DNA from: Laetmonice hystrix
Taxonomy: Eukaryota
NCBI GenBank assembly: GCA_965235115.1
Contig: OZ249436.1
Coordinates: 34,350,001-34,414,000 of the forward strand
Direction of reading: 5' to 3'
DNA: 64,000 nt
Of the stretch, positions 11,351 through 25,837 are shown one piece after another. Position 1 is the stretch's first letter. Each line of letters opens with the position of its first letter. Under the pieces are notes generated by a model. The model searched no databases, had not been told where the DNA came from, and worked only from the letters and a program-made list of their open reading frames with translations. A program made the translations under genes and the position numbers.

Positions 11351-14300
11351 CCTCGATGATAAATTCATGAGGTATATAACAACTCTAGCATGCCTTTGTC
11401 GATGTGTACATGTCTGCGTGAAGAAACCCCTCGCCAGTTAATATTTTGTGTAGGCATCTCTGCTATATGCGAGGAATGTCGGTTTTAATATGTTGAATTG
11501 CCGTATGGGTAATTTACATAGCGCTGCATGGCGCGAACCGCCCTGGGGGCAGACAAGCAGACATTCAGTTCACGCCAAACCACGGGGTTCACATAATTTT
11601 GTTAAACACCTTCAGCGCGTGTATTCATGCCGGAATGTTGGGTCTTTATTTGTGAACCATGATAGGTGTAACACCCGATATGTTAGGCACTGACAGTTAC
11701 TCCACACAAACATGTGGATATTATACAGGCTACTTGGTGTTAGAGGACATTATGTGCACAGTCTTCGCCTTCATTGCCAGGCATATAGCCTCAACGATAA
11801 GCCACATAGGTGTAGATTCAAAAGGAGCAAAGCTACATTTGTCAGCGAAAAGGTAGGAGCTGTGAGAGCAGTAGGAGAGAGAGCAGAACTGTTTCCACTT
11901 CAGTAGCACTCGTCGCATCTAGTGCCGCTAAATTGTGCACCTCAATGGAAACAGGGAGTGCTAAAAAGGAGGGACGACCGCTTTGCTCATAGTGTCAGGT
12001 TTTCATTATTGAAGACTCGCAAAGGTATGGCTGAGCTAGAATGTAATTAAATAATTAATACAAACCGGCTTGCGAGGAGGTCGTGTGGCGGGGGAAGAGA
12101 CTGGGTCTTTGCCATTGTAACTTCTTAACATTTTTGGCACCCTGTGTTTAAGTCGAGTTGCCCTCGTTTGTAGTCTTGTTCTGGGCGGGTGTCAAAGGCG
12201 CAACGCGTCAGGCTTTAAAAAGCTAGGGCGTGCACGCACACCAATTGCTAGGAAGTATTGTATACACGAACATATGTCTGAAAGAAGTGGCAACAAAGCT
12301 TAGGAGGCGTTGGCTTTTGGCGATGAGCAAAGTACTTCTCATTTTGCACAACCTGCTATTGTAGGTGACAAGGGTTGGCGGGGGAGTGGGCCCGCTGCCC
12401 GCGCCGCCCCTCGTGAGGTCAACGCATTCTTCTACCGTCGCTGACCGGCTCCACGTTGTCATAGTGGGTGCAGTTGTTGCGTGGTCTTCCAAAGACACCG
12501 TAGAATCTGGTGGGTCTGGAATGAAGACCATTTCTCAGCGTACTCTCAAGCCCTGACAGACTCCCCCTAGTTACACCGAGCCATTCTCAGGCAGAAGCCA
12601 GGAATGCTTGCTCATTTCACAGGCGGACGTGTTTTAGATCTCCGTTACCTTGGTAACCGAACCTCCAGACAGACCCCCCTTTTTTTCTATCCATGGCGAA
12701 AATAGTGCGGGTTTAATCAATCAGTTTTACGGAAAGCAACCTAAATTGAGTTTCAGTTCACAAGCCCGCAATTAATTCCATCCAAGATAAATACCAGTGG
12801 CTGTCTGGCGTTGTAAAACGACTCTGGAGACCTTGGGATATCCACCACACTCGTGCATGTCTTGGTGTTATCTGCAGTCGGGGTTGGCAGTGGTGATTTG
12901 TAGAGATACGTGCCTACCTTACAGATAGCCTCAGATTCTCTCCACTCCATTCCCTGACCGTGGATGCATCCTAATGTTAGGGTTCGGCTTGATCGGCCGT
13001 CTGCAATGTACTGTAAGTGCCAGGTCACCAGAGCAGGCTGATGCTCAGCTCTGCAGCATCAGCTGGAGCCGTGGCATCCACAGGCAGCAGCAGCAGCAGC
13101 CGGAGCAGACGCAGCGGCCTCCGTCCCTCGCATCATCAAGGCAGCCGGGCGGCCAACTCATTCTCGGCACAAATCTGCTGAATGCTCAAATTGAGTGATA
13201 ATCCACCAGGATTCCCGCAGATTAGACCCGCGAAATTGGATCTTCCGGATTCAAAGAGCTTCTCTGGGAACGAATCTGGTATAAGGTTGGATTTTCACAG
13301 CTCGGGGGAAGCCTGTGATAGAGGGGGGAAATGGGAACATGTTTCATAATGTGCTAACGGCTGGTAATCTTTGTAACCGACATGGACTGACTGAGGAGAA
13401 GGCCTTTTTTAATGGAGGTATACCAGAGAAAGGGGTGAACACAAGGTAGCCCATAGAATACATGCTTTTTGTCATTTGCCATGTTAACACAAACATTGTC
13501 AGGTATAGTCCTGACATCAAACGGCTGTTTTTTCACATTAGTACATGCATGTACTGCATGCCGATATAATGTAATATTCATATAGTGTTGACAGAGTAGT
13601 GTGACATCATTATAATAATATGGTGCCTCTAGGGGGGAAACGTGCTCGAGGTACAATGTACATGCACGTATATCAATTGAAATGTTTTGTTGTGGCCATG
13701 GTTGATGAAATGATGTCTCGTTTTCTTAAGGTCAATATATCGTAAAGAATGTGATAGCTTATAATGAGTTAAATCACCGTCTAGTATAACCCAAAAAAGA
13801 ATTTAATATAGAATCGATGATCCAAATGGTTCTAACCTTTTTGTATTAAGGAGAAAGATTTAGTCTGGCGAATATTATCTTAAACAGGGACAAACATCGG
13901 GTTTACGTTAAAGGTATCATTTACAGCGGAGGAAATGTAAAATATTTCCGGCTTAGAAATCATTTAATGCCCGAGAGATTATTTGGCAGTTTGGTACAAT
14001 TATACAATCCGTGTATTTATGTACAGTGATGCTTATCGCCAAGTCTTTATCCCAATCGGAATGTTTCAAAGGGAATTATTTGAAACAAAAATGCTCACTG
14101 TATCAGAGGGAAGGTGTTTATTATTACATAGATCCTACCACTGATCACTGAGGCAGCTGGTAAATGTCACAATCTCTGAGACTGACTGATGCCAGTATAA
14201 AGTGTGCTACGCTACAAAACACCCGGACACTGAACACAACAACACTTCCTCGATCGATAACTCTATAATAATTATCAGGCTATACACAATGGGGTGTCGT

Positions 14301-16749
14301 TTGCTTACGTACAATCGAGGCTGAGACAAGGCCGTGGATGTGTTGACGTTGAGCCGGTGGGGTTGGGGTTGTTGGAGTTGGGGGTGGGGGGTCAGGGTGA
14401 GTGTCTTCATCTATGTAGGGCCTACAGGACGTAATATAGGGGGTGGCCTTGCATGGGCTTTTGTGTGCGGAAGCCTTAGCGCGAGGCCCTGAGGTGACAA
14501 CATATTATGAAAAAATGGCCTGGGTTGAATTCCGCGGCAAAGCGTGATTTGTATAGTGGCGTTGCCTGACCGACCGCGCTGGCCGGCCAGGGCGGGCGGG
14601 CGGGCGGGCGGGCAGGCAGGCTCCCGGGTGCCCGCCGGGTGGTCGGGCCGAGTCTTCCCGGGAGAGCTGGTGTCAGTGACGGGCCCAGGTTTTGACGTCC
14701 TTATCGGAACACGACCGTGCGTGGCTTGACTCTTTCCGAGGTCTCAGCCTGTCTGCCGACACCATCAAGATAGTGCCAGGAACAGCATTTCAGATCGTGG
14801 CCTTTGTTTCGCCGATATGCCACGAAGGTTGGCTGGTGAAGGGGGTGGGGGTGGGGGTGGAGGTTTGGGTGGGGAGTGCATGGGGTGCCTACAATGAATG
14901 AAGGTCATAGGGAAGACTTGGGGGTCGGGAGGGCGGTACCCCATACTATTGAAGCTCTTCTACTATACGACCTTCTATACGCTGCTCGTCTGTGCCACAT
15001 AATAGACGGCACTCTCACCTTTACACTCAACCCATGAATTTGTGTCAGTTATTAACATCATAATATATGCAGCGCAATGACCTTATTTCGAGTTCTTGCA
15101 AAAAAAAAAATCTTATACATGTTCCCCCCCTTGGTTGTATCGTAAGTGAATGAATGAAGTGAGTCAGGAAATATAGGCGAATGGATCGTGTGTTCATTTT
15201 GTGTTCTTATAGAATAAATGATCTGTTCTTAAATGTAACTACAGGTATTCATGTGGACCTAATATTTGCTTTGGGAGATTCCTCCGTAGGTGTGTAAAAT
15301 CACGCCTAGGGTAGTTATACGCCGTAATGCATGAATGGAAGAGGTGGTGCGGATACTCGGCGCAGTTGTCACGCAAAACAAACATTACTTACGTCGGCAG
15401 AACAGCTCTGCAATCTATACCGCCAAGTGGACACTTGGCGGAGCAGGAATCATTGGAAAATTTACTTAAACACTACCCGCATCTATTTAATACGGTATCA
15501 GGGTATCAATAACAACATAGCCTCCAACCCTGAGGCCATGTCGTTCGATGGACCCGGCGCTTTTAACCTCCAAGTCTCGAGTGATCACCCTTCTATCGAG
15601 ATCGGCATGGTCGCGCTCTGGCCGCGTGGGGGCGTTGTTAAAAACACCCTTGCAGCATCACGAGTCGTGACAATTCTTAGCCCAGTGCAAATAGACGGAA
15701 CGAAACTAGCTTCGATTTGGGATCGGATGATTCAAGATTGCCGAGCTAAAAATTGATGGGGAAATATAATTACTTTCATTGAGCGCGTGGGGTAACAAAT
15801 CCCGGGGAGGAGTAGGGGAGCGGGATGGAGTGGGGGGGGGGGGGGAGGGGAGGGGGGCTGGCGCACGCTGGTTGGTTGTTCGTCATCACAGTTGCGCCAA
15901 GTTAGGGGGGAGAGGCGGGGCCTTCTGGCCAATGTAATTGTAGCAGAGCGGCGGCCTTTCCCGCCTTGACCTTTGTCGGTCGTCTGCCCAAATGGAAAGA
16001 AACGTTTGCACGCGATTGACCGCAGCCCTGGTAACGAATCCGGGTAAAAATAATAATAGGAAATTTAAAAAATAGAATAAAAGAAATCTAATTTCCAGGG
16101 AGGGAGATTCTTTTTTTGTTTTCAAAACTCGCTTGTTGAAATTGTGTTTTTGACGGCCTGGGTGAGTGAGGCTGGAGGGGAGGTCGTGGACTGTGGTCAC
16201 CTCTCACCTCGGACCTGACCAGTAGAAGACGCTATGTGAATAGGTCCACGAGTCGTCCAACCTTCAACCACCGCTATCATAATCTCCTATATGTGCGATA
16301 CTTGAGACTTGAAACCACTGCATTTGTTTAAAGTCAGTATTAGCTCAATATTTAACTTTCTCGGAGTGGTTTCTGTTAAACACTGATTTAAAAAATGTAA
16401 AATTACCATATATTTCGGGTTCAAATTCCCCAGAGTGTATTATATTCTGCTGGCGCCGGTTATTCATATATCTTTTTTTATAAATCGATACATCAAAGTG
16501 GGATGCGACCGACTAGCATGACCCAAATTAAAACATAACTTGCCAGTGCTATCTTCAGGCTATACGATCTAAAGGGAGTAAATTAGTCATAACAAAGAAA
16601 TCACGCTTCCATTGATTGTCAAGTACTCAGTTAGGTCAGCTCTCCGACAGCAGGTTCACTGTGAATGATTCGGCTCCTTCGGTGTATGGTACAAACTACG
16701 GGATCTCGAACTCATTTGAAATAGTTTTGAAATAATCTCGATGCATTCG

Positions 16750-16938
16750 AAAGAAATAGAGAAATTCGAGAGAGAAATAGAGATAGAGAGAGATAAAGAG
16801 AGAAAGTGAGAGGGAGACAGAGACAGAGGGACAGAGAGAGACAGAGCGAGATAGAGAGAAAGAGATAGAGAAACAGGAAAGACAGAGAGGCAGAGGGGGC
16901 AGATAGAGTCAGAGAGAGACAGAGAGGGACACAGAGAA
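16750..16938. repeat. Degenerate GA/GACA-rich tract
   Basis: About 190 bp polypurine, low-complexity sequence. Confidence 0.88.
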
Positions 16939-18478
16939 ACACGGCAGGAGAGGGTAAGACACTTAGCGCCAGAGACACGTGGTCGACATCAGGCTGTGTC
17001 CCTCCTAGCGGTAAAAAAGATCACCCACTGCAGCCCGCTCATGCGTCGGGAGGGGGTGGCTATCAGTGGGCCTACATGCCTGCCGTTCTCGTGGCCCCCT
17101 GCACTGTGGTCCAAACTCCCGCTCTGTGGGCCCACTCTACGACTACAGAGGGCAGCAGGGGCCACGCGGGCCACCGTCCAGGGCCACTCTCTATAGGCCT
17201 CAGGCCTACCGTACCGAAGATGTATTTAGGCAGCACAGCGGCGCTGTTCTTGGCCCGTCTTGGGTATAGGCCTTGTCACCTGTCTGTAATCTTTGTAACC
17301 TTTCACTCTGGGTGATGAATGAATAACGTATAGGCAGAGCGTATAGGGCGTATGATGTAGCTTAGATTCCAACTATCACCCCCCCCCTCCACCACCCCTC
17401 ACCCACCGTTCAAACCTAACCCTTACCCTGTTCCCCACCCCACCCCTGGACCTTGTTGTTTACAGAGGGTTGGGTATCAGTCTTCACCGACCTCCGGGTA
17501 TACAGTCTCTGACCAGGATCTCTTTAATATTCCAACTGTTTTCACCCTCTTTACAACTGTCGCTTTCCTTCAATTAGAGAATCAGTCAAGATTGCCGTAG
17601 CTCGTTTCGCTGTAACGTATACCGGTACAGACGGCGCTTTTTTTCTTGTTTTCATTCCGGGTCGTGAAACTGAATGCCCAGTCCTCACGGAGGTCATGTG
17701 ACACGATACTTAGACGCTGCCGGCGTCTCAAAATACTGCCATCCAAAACTGGCAGATATAATGCTACTCTAACACCAGAAACGTATTGCATTATGGTCTG
17801 AGCACCCTCCCCCCCCTACAATCAGAACCTATACAGGTACGCCCGTGGGCCAACAAACCATGGGTACCCGCCAACTACAGACTATTTGACGCACAATTCA
17901 ACCTATAACTGTTAACAATATCTTTTGTTCGGACAAAACTACTCATTATTGTTAATTGAGCTGTTCTTTTCGAAACGTCGCCATCGCCATATGTAATTAT
18001 CCCATTTCTCGCCCGGGATCTAGACCTTGAGAAAAAGTAACGGCACCAAGTTAAACCCATTTAAGACACGCACACTTCACTTCGACTTTATTGACTTGAT
18101 CTTTCACGTGCTCGTGCATGACCTATTGTCTTGATTTTAATGTCTCATATGAAATTAATGAAGAATTAACCTGGCTAATTCCACGAATTTACACCTTAAT
18201 CGAGGTGTTGCTGGTCACATGGAGATGACTATTTATTCACGTAGTGTAGAAAGTTCAATCAGTGTCAGAACAAAACTTGTATTTTTGTGTTTACCTAGTT
18301 TTTTAAGGCAGATTCAATTAGCCAAATCTTCCCGTTTGAGTCATTCAATGGTCGACTCCTGTTCTCGGTAGCGCGAGAAGTCGCATATGCTCATGCTGAC
18401 GTCTGGTGGACTTAGCGCGAACTAGTGGCGCGGGACCGCCAAACGCATGCAGATTCATAGTACATGCAACAACAAACT

Positions 18479-18568
18479 GAGAGAGAGAGAGAGGGATAGA
18501 GGGAGGTAGAGAGAGATAGAAAGAGATAGAGAGAAATAGAGAGAGATAAAGAGAAAGAGAGCGAGAGA
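18479..18568. repeat. GA/GATA-rich tract
   Basis: Polypurine, low-complexity sequence. Confidence 0.88.
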
Positions 18569-19265
18569 CGCACATTTTAATGTTTGGTATACATAATGGC
18601 AAAAGATTGCCTCCTTTTGTCGTGTTCTCTGACAAATTTGTAGCAGATATTTGGAGATTGACATTCCAAAGCATTACGCCTATAGGTCTTGAGAAGCACA
18701 CGGAAGCAATTCAAAGTGGTTACGCCTCATGTATTTACACATTTACACACATTTTTAGTAGGCGACAAAGAGGAGCATACACAGAAACATACATACATGC
18801 AAGCATCCCTTATGCTATGCGTCCAAGTATATGTGCTCAAAAAAAGGATGGATTCTTCCCGTTTTTGTTTTTGTAATTTATAGACTTTAGGGTATCATTG
18901 ATTGTAACCTAAAATATCTAACTGTAGCGTCAAAGGACGACCAAAAACTGAGATCGACATTAATGAAACAGAGACATCGCATGTTTAAAAAAAGGAGAGA
19001 AAAAAGAATCTATCTACATGTACACGTATATCTACATGTGTTTGGCATATATGCATAGTACATGAATTGCCAACCAAAGACATTATGTGTACGTTATGAG
19101 GTATGTTTTGCTTACATTATATAATGCACCTATATAGATCTACACTTATTATATGTTGGTTAAGCCGGATACTCGTGGATACTGGGGATAACCTCCATCT
19201 ATCATGAATAAAAACATTATACATAACCCAAACTATCCACCGTATGACCCAACTTCATAAAAATC

Positions 19266-22010
19266 AAACACACCCCCGACTAACCAACCAACCAGTAACC
19301 CAACCAACCAACCAACCAACCAACCAGCCCAAACACCGAACCAACCAACCAACCAACCAACCAACCAACCAACCAACCAACCAACCAACCAACCAGTAAC
19401 CCAACCAACCAACCAACCAACCAGTAACCCAAACACCCAACCAACCAACCAACCAGCCCAAACACCCACCCAACCAACCAACCAACCAACCAGCCCAAAC
19501 ACCGAACCAACCAACCAACCAACCAACCAACCAACCAACCAACCAGTAACCCAACCAACCAACCAACCAGCCCAAACACCGAACCAACCAACCAACCAAC
19601 CAACCAACCAACCATCCAACCAACCAACCAGTAACCCAAACACCCAACCAACCAACCAACCAGCCCAAACACCCACCCAACCAACCAACCAACTAGTAAC
19701 CCAAACACCCAACCAACCAGCCAACCAACCAACCAGTAACCCAACCAACCAACCAACCAACCAACCAGCCCAAACACCGAACCAACCAACCAGTAACCCA
19801 AACACCCAACCAACCAACCAACCAACCAGTTGCCCAAACACCCAACCAACCAACCAACCAACCAATCAGTAACCCAAACACCCAACAACCAACCAACCAG
19901 TAACCCAAACACCCAACCAACCAACCAACCAACCAACCAACCAACCAACCAACCAACCAACCAACTTTAACCCAAACACCCAACCAACCAACCAACCAAC
20001 CAGTAACCCAACCAACCAACCAACCAACCAACCAGCCCAAACACCGAACCAACCAACCAACCAACCAACCAACCAACCAACCATCCAACCAACCAACCAG
20101 TAACCCAAACACCCAACCAACCAACCAACCAGCCCAAACACCCACCCAACCAACCAACCAACTAGTAACCCAAACACCCAACCAACCAGCCAACCAACCA
20201 ACCAGTAACCCAACCAACCAACCAACCAACCAACCAGCCCAAACACCGAACCAACCAACCAGTAACCCAAACACCCAACCAACCAACCAACCAACCAGTT
20301 GCCCAAACACCCAACCAACCAACCAACCAACCAATCAGTAACCCAAACACCCAACAACCAACCAACCAGTAACCCAAACACCCAACCAACCAACCAACCA
20401 ACCAACCAACCAACCAACTTTAACCCAAACACCCAACCAACCAACCAACCAACCAGCCAACCAGCCAACCAACCAGTAACCTAAACACCCAACCAACCAG
20501 CCAACCAACCAGTAACCCAAACACCCAACCAACCAAACCAACCAAACCAACCGACCAACCAGTAACCCAAACACCCAACAACCAACCAACCAACCAGTAA
20601 CCCAAACACCCAACCAACCAACCAACCAACTTTAACCCAAACACCCAACCAACCAACCAACCAGTAACTTAAACACCCAACCAACCAGCCAACCAACCAG
20701 TAACCCAAACACCCACCAACCAAACCACCCAACCAACCAGTAACCTAAACACCCAACCAACCAGCCAACCAACCAGTAACCCAAACACCCAAACACCCAA
20801 ACAACCAAACCAACCGACCAACCAACCAACCAGTACCCCAAACACCAAAACAACCAACCAGTAACCCAAACACCCAACCAAACAAACAACCAACCGACCA
20901 GTAACCCAAACACCCAACCAACCAACCAACCAGTAACCCAAACATCCAACCAACCAACCAACCAGTAACCTAAACACCCAACCAACCAGCCAACCAACCA
21001 GTAACCCAAACACCCACCAACCAAACCAACCAACCAACCAGTAACCTAAACACCCAACCAACCAGTAACCCAAACACCCAACCAACCAAACCAACCGACC
21101 AACCAATCAACCAACCAACCAGTAGCCCAAACACCGAACCAACCAACCAACCAGTAACCCAAACACCAAAACAACTAACTAACCAACCAGTAGCCCAAAC
21201 ACCCAACCAACCAACCAACCAACCAGTAACCAACACACACAACCAACCAACCAGTAACCCAAACACCCAACCAACCAACCAGTAATTAACACACACACAA
21301 CCAACCAGTAACCCAAACACCCAAACTCCCAACCAACCAACCAACCAACCAGTAACCCAAACACCCACCCAACCAACCAACCAGTAACCCAAACACCCAA
21401 CCAACCAACCAGTAACCAACACACACACAACCAACCAACCAGTAACCCAAACACCCGACTAACCAACCAATCCACCAACCAGTAACCCAAACACCCGACT
21501 AACCAACCAATCAACCAACCAGTAACCCAAACACCCAACCAACCAACCAGTAACCCAAACACCCAAAAAAACTACCCAACCACAAACCCACCAAACGGAC
21601 CACTCACCAACCAACCAACCAATCAACCAACTAAACAACCAATTACCCAACCACCAACCCAACAAACCCACCAAACGGACCACTCACCAACCAACCAACC
21701 AGTAACCGAAACACCCAACTAACCAACCAACCAACCGAACAACCAACCAGTAACCCAAACACCCGACCAACCAACCAACCAACTAACCAACTACCAACGC
21801 AACAAACCAACCAATAAACCAACCAAACGGACCAATCGCCAACCAACCGACCAATTAACCAACCAACCAATAAACCAGAAACCCACCCACCCGACTAATC
21901 AACCACCCAACCAACTACCCAACCACTACCCAATAAACCAACTAATAAACCAACCAAACAGACCCCCCACCCACCCACGCAACCCCCCCCCCCCACCCAC
22001 CAACCAATCA
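19266..22010. repeat. Complex (CCAA)n-based satellite with a recurring CCAGTAACCCAAACACCC module
   Basis: About 2.7 kb of almost purely C/A sequence on +. CCAA runs are punctuated by AGTAACCCAAACACCC and AGCCCAAACACCG modules, and the array decays toward its 3' end. Confidence 0.97.
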
Positions 22011-22310
22011 ACAGGCTTTAATTGCATACATATAACTACTTATACTTAACTAGCCAAATGATGGATATAACTAGAATCAACCGACTAGAATGGTGGCGGT
22101 GCTGATAGTATACCATAATACAGTCATATACAAAATTACACCAGACTATTTAATATGCAACATGTACTTAGTCAATTATTTGCTTTTTCTCACCGCGCAG
22201 TGTACCTTCACGCACATTATCAGCTCAATGAAACTATCATGATGTGTCATGTGTGCGTGTGGGGATGACACGTGCATGGCTCGTGCGGAGTACTACTCTT
22301 GTCATGGCGT

Positions 22311-22810
22311 TCTAACCCTCCCCCCTCCACCCCCACCCCCGGTGTGACTCTATAGGTAAGTTGTAGCGGATCTCTCTACCCTTGACTTTCTAACCCCCCT
22401 CCACCCCCTCCACCCCCACCCCCGGTGTGACTCTATAGGTAAGTTGTAGCGGATCTCTCTACCCTTGACTTTCTAACCCCCCTCCACCCCCTCCACCCCC
22501 ACCCCCCGGTGTGACTCTATAGGTACGTTGTAGCGGATCTCTCTACCCTTGGCTTTCTAACCCCTCCACCCCCTCCACCCCCCCCCCGGTGTGACTCTAT
22601 AGGTAAGCTGTAGCGGCAAGCTGATCTCTCTACCCTTAGCTTTCTAACCCCCTCCACCCCACCCCACCCCCGGTGTGACTCTATAGGTAAGTTGTAGCGG
22701 CAAGCTGATCTCTCTACCCTTGGCTTTCTATAGACCCCCTCCACCCCCTCCACCCCCTCCACCCCCAACCCCCGGTGTGACTCTATAGGTAAGTTGTAGC
22801 GAATCTCTAT
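22311..22810. repeat. About 83-bp minisatellite, 6 copies, with C-rich tracts
   Basis: Core GGTGTGACTCTATAGGTA starts at 22341, 22424, 22508, 22588, 22672 and 22774. Unit length (80-102 bp) varies mainly through the CCCCTCCA tracts. Confidence 0.95.
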
Positions 22811-24522
22811 CCTGGCTCCAAGGTGAGGACCTATATCCGGGTGGTCTAGTTTAGGGTCAATCAACTTGTGGATAATAACATCAACTGTCCCTGACAATGG
22901 CGAGCCGTCCCGAGTTTTCACGTGCACGCTCGGTTGTTCATCTCACTGTCGTCTTGAAAGAAGGTCTAGCGAGTCTGGGGGCGGAGGGGGAGACAATTAT
23001 ATAATCCAACCGATTTGTTTTGTGTGGATTGAAATGAGACAAAACATATATCATATTAAAGTCGAATGAGAAACTCAATGATCAGCAAAACAGGACCTTT
23101 TGACCAACGCAACAAAAATCAACTGAACGGGAGTTTAAAAAAAAGAATAGAGTTTGCTCTTATTGGTTTCTTTTCCTGACAACCTGAAACAACCATACTG
23201 ACAGAATCTGGGTTTAGATTAAGGTATCCTATACAATAAACCTCTCCTTAATCTATCCCCTGGCAGATCTATTTATTATACGTAACGTCTATGTAGTATA
23301 TAGGGTAGGCCCCTATATGACAAATAACAGGCTTAGGTATAACACCCCTGCTGTGATTTGTGTGGCCTATAATATATCCCAGGTTCTCGGGAGACCGTAT
23401 ATTTACAGGTCCCGTAAGAGTATCCACGGATCTAAATGATGTCACCGTAAAATGTCTTCTTAGTGATAGGGTCCCACTAGTGATATTCTAACCCCCCTAC
23501 AAAAAATGCACGCCAGAAGGGCTGATTGTAAAGCCCTGATTCTCTACGGGCAGATAGGACAGGGACAGGGGATCTCGTATAGAGAGAGCAGCGATGGCAA
23601 TTAAAGTGCCTTCACTCTCTGCGGGTGATTCAGCGAGGCGTGATGAGGGGTTATTTCATGCTGTACAATATGCCTGAAAGCCCCCTGCCACCGTAACGCC
23701 GACCAGGCCGCCACTTCCATTGACACGCACCTATAGCATCCGTTGAACTATATAGACACGGGCGCCCGGGTCACGGGTATTAAAAGACGATTTATAAAGA
23801 GACAGAGAACCGGTAGGGTCAAGGGATCGCCGCTCCGCCTGGCGGGGCCGAAGGCTCATTTTGGATATGGGACGATATCACGGTATAGGTATAGGCGGCT
23901 GCCCAATGAGGCCTACCTCCCCCCTCCCCCTCCTCTATACTTCCACAAACTCCCCACCACCGCCGCCTGAGACCTCCCGGACCCCCGGGGGGTCGGGGCC
24001 CCTTGCTGCCGTTTACACAATCGCCGTCCCTTTGACTTCCGGCAGACCCCGACCAAGGAGCAGGGACAGCAAGTTGCTCCTGGTTGATGCCGTTAATATA
24101 GAGATCTATGTGTCGGGCCATGCATGCGGTCAGGACCTTCTCTTGTAATGAACAACATGTACGGGGGGGGGGGACCAAAGAAGAATCAATACATCATGCG
24201 GCTTTGATTTACCTATTTTAGTGGATAGAAATGTTGGCATGTTAAAATATTGTACGGAGGATCTATATATAATATTACGGACCTCTACCCGGGGAGGGGA
24301 GGGGGCATCCAAGGCTCTTGTTGGAATATCACATCAAGTGAATATAAGATTTATTGATACTCATGCTTTATAGAAGTGTGATTGTAAATCTTAGCGTAGA
24401 AAACCGGGGGGGGGGGCACTTTACGTTGCGTATGGGCCTAGTTGTTGTTCTTATTTATTTAGGGGTCACAAAATATCACCAATGATAACAGTATACGATA
24501 GTAAAGACCTGCTAGATACTTT

Positions 24523-24906
24523 TACCTCATGTGATGAGGTACACCATGTGATGTGATACCTCATGTGATGTGATACCTCATGTGATGAGGTACCCCATGT
24601 GATGAGATACCTCATGTGATGAGGTACCCCATGTGATGTGATACCTCATGTGATGTGATACCCCATGTGATGTGATACCTCATGTATGAGGTACCTCATG
24701 TGATGAGGTACCCCATGTGATGTGATACCTCATGTGATGAGGTACCCCATGTGATGTGATACCTCATGTGCTGAGGTACCTCATGTTATGAGGTACCCCA
24801 TGTGATGTTATACCTCATGTGATGTGATACCTCATGTGATGAGATACCTCATGTGATGTGGTACCTCATGTGATGAGGTACCCCATGTGATGTGATACCT
24901 CATGTG
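24523..24906. repeat. About 17-bp palindromic minisatellite, about 22 copies
   Basis: Unit TACC(T/C)CATGTGATG(A/T)G(G/A), with variants interleaved. TACCTCAT-GTG-ATGAGGTA is an inverted repeat. Confidence 0.95.
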
Positions 24907-25797
24907 CTACTTTCTCAGACACAGATGTCACATCTAGTGGAGATGTTAAGGGACTGGTTATCCTAACAGGGATACTTTTAATGGCCTGGTAGAATATCTG
25001 AATATAGCAAGATCTTGGACAACAGGTCATGTCCACGAAACATTGAAGTATAATTCGGATTTCATATAGGGACTAGACAATAACGAGATGGCAACATAGA
25101 TATATTGCACTGTATCTCTATAGAGCAGTGAGTAGAATTCGCATGCGCATAGACAATATACTGTTGCTAATGTGATTAATTGAACATTAAAATAAATATG
25201 TCAACTTTTATTATATATAGTGAATACAAGGCCTGAGTTTCGGATAAGAGATGTGTATATATAATTACACAAACATGTGATATAAAAACCCGGAGGATAG
25301 TCCATATAATGTGAGATGAAGACCATGCAATGAACATTTTAATATTTTATCGTTAACCCTGTACGGACTGCCAACAGCAAAGGATGTGAAAAAGTTAAGT
25401 GTACTTGGAACATAGTACTCGAAACCTGTTTCCAATATTGACTTCTTTGTGTATGTACACATTTGCCTAAACACAAGCACCCCTTATCTTTAAAACTGGA
25501 GTCGTGGACTAGTTTTATTGAGGGCGCACAAAGTTATCATTTTGTCAAGTCGGACCATTCAATCCGATCACATCAAAGATCAAACGGATCAACCGACTAC
25601 GGGTCGTCAACAATGTACCCCGTTATCTGTACTGTCAATTCTATGGACGCAGCCTGATACAACTTTTTAAAAATATTAATTTTATGAATTTGTGTCAAAG
25701 AGAAACAAATGGATAATTTATATGGTTTATACGTTGATATGCCTGGATGTGTTTGTTATGTTTGTGTATGGCTGTCTATAATGGGGGGGGGGAGCGA

Positions 25798-25806
25798 CAG
25801 AGAGAC

Positions 25807-25837
<31 letters not shown>
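25798..25837. repeat. GA/GACA microsatellite
   Basis: CAGAGA-type run. Confidence 0.85.

Noticed and set aside
12223..12531. 102-aa ORF with fairly protein-like composition
   Set aside because: I recognise no family and see no clear splice or codon support. A BLAST search would be needed.
19233..21870. Gly/Trp/Val/Leu-rich ORFs
   Set aside because: They are open in all three minus frames because (TTGG)n lacks stops, so they are a satellite artefact.
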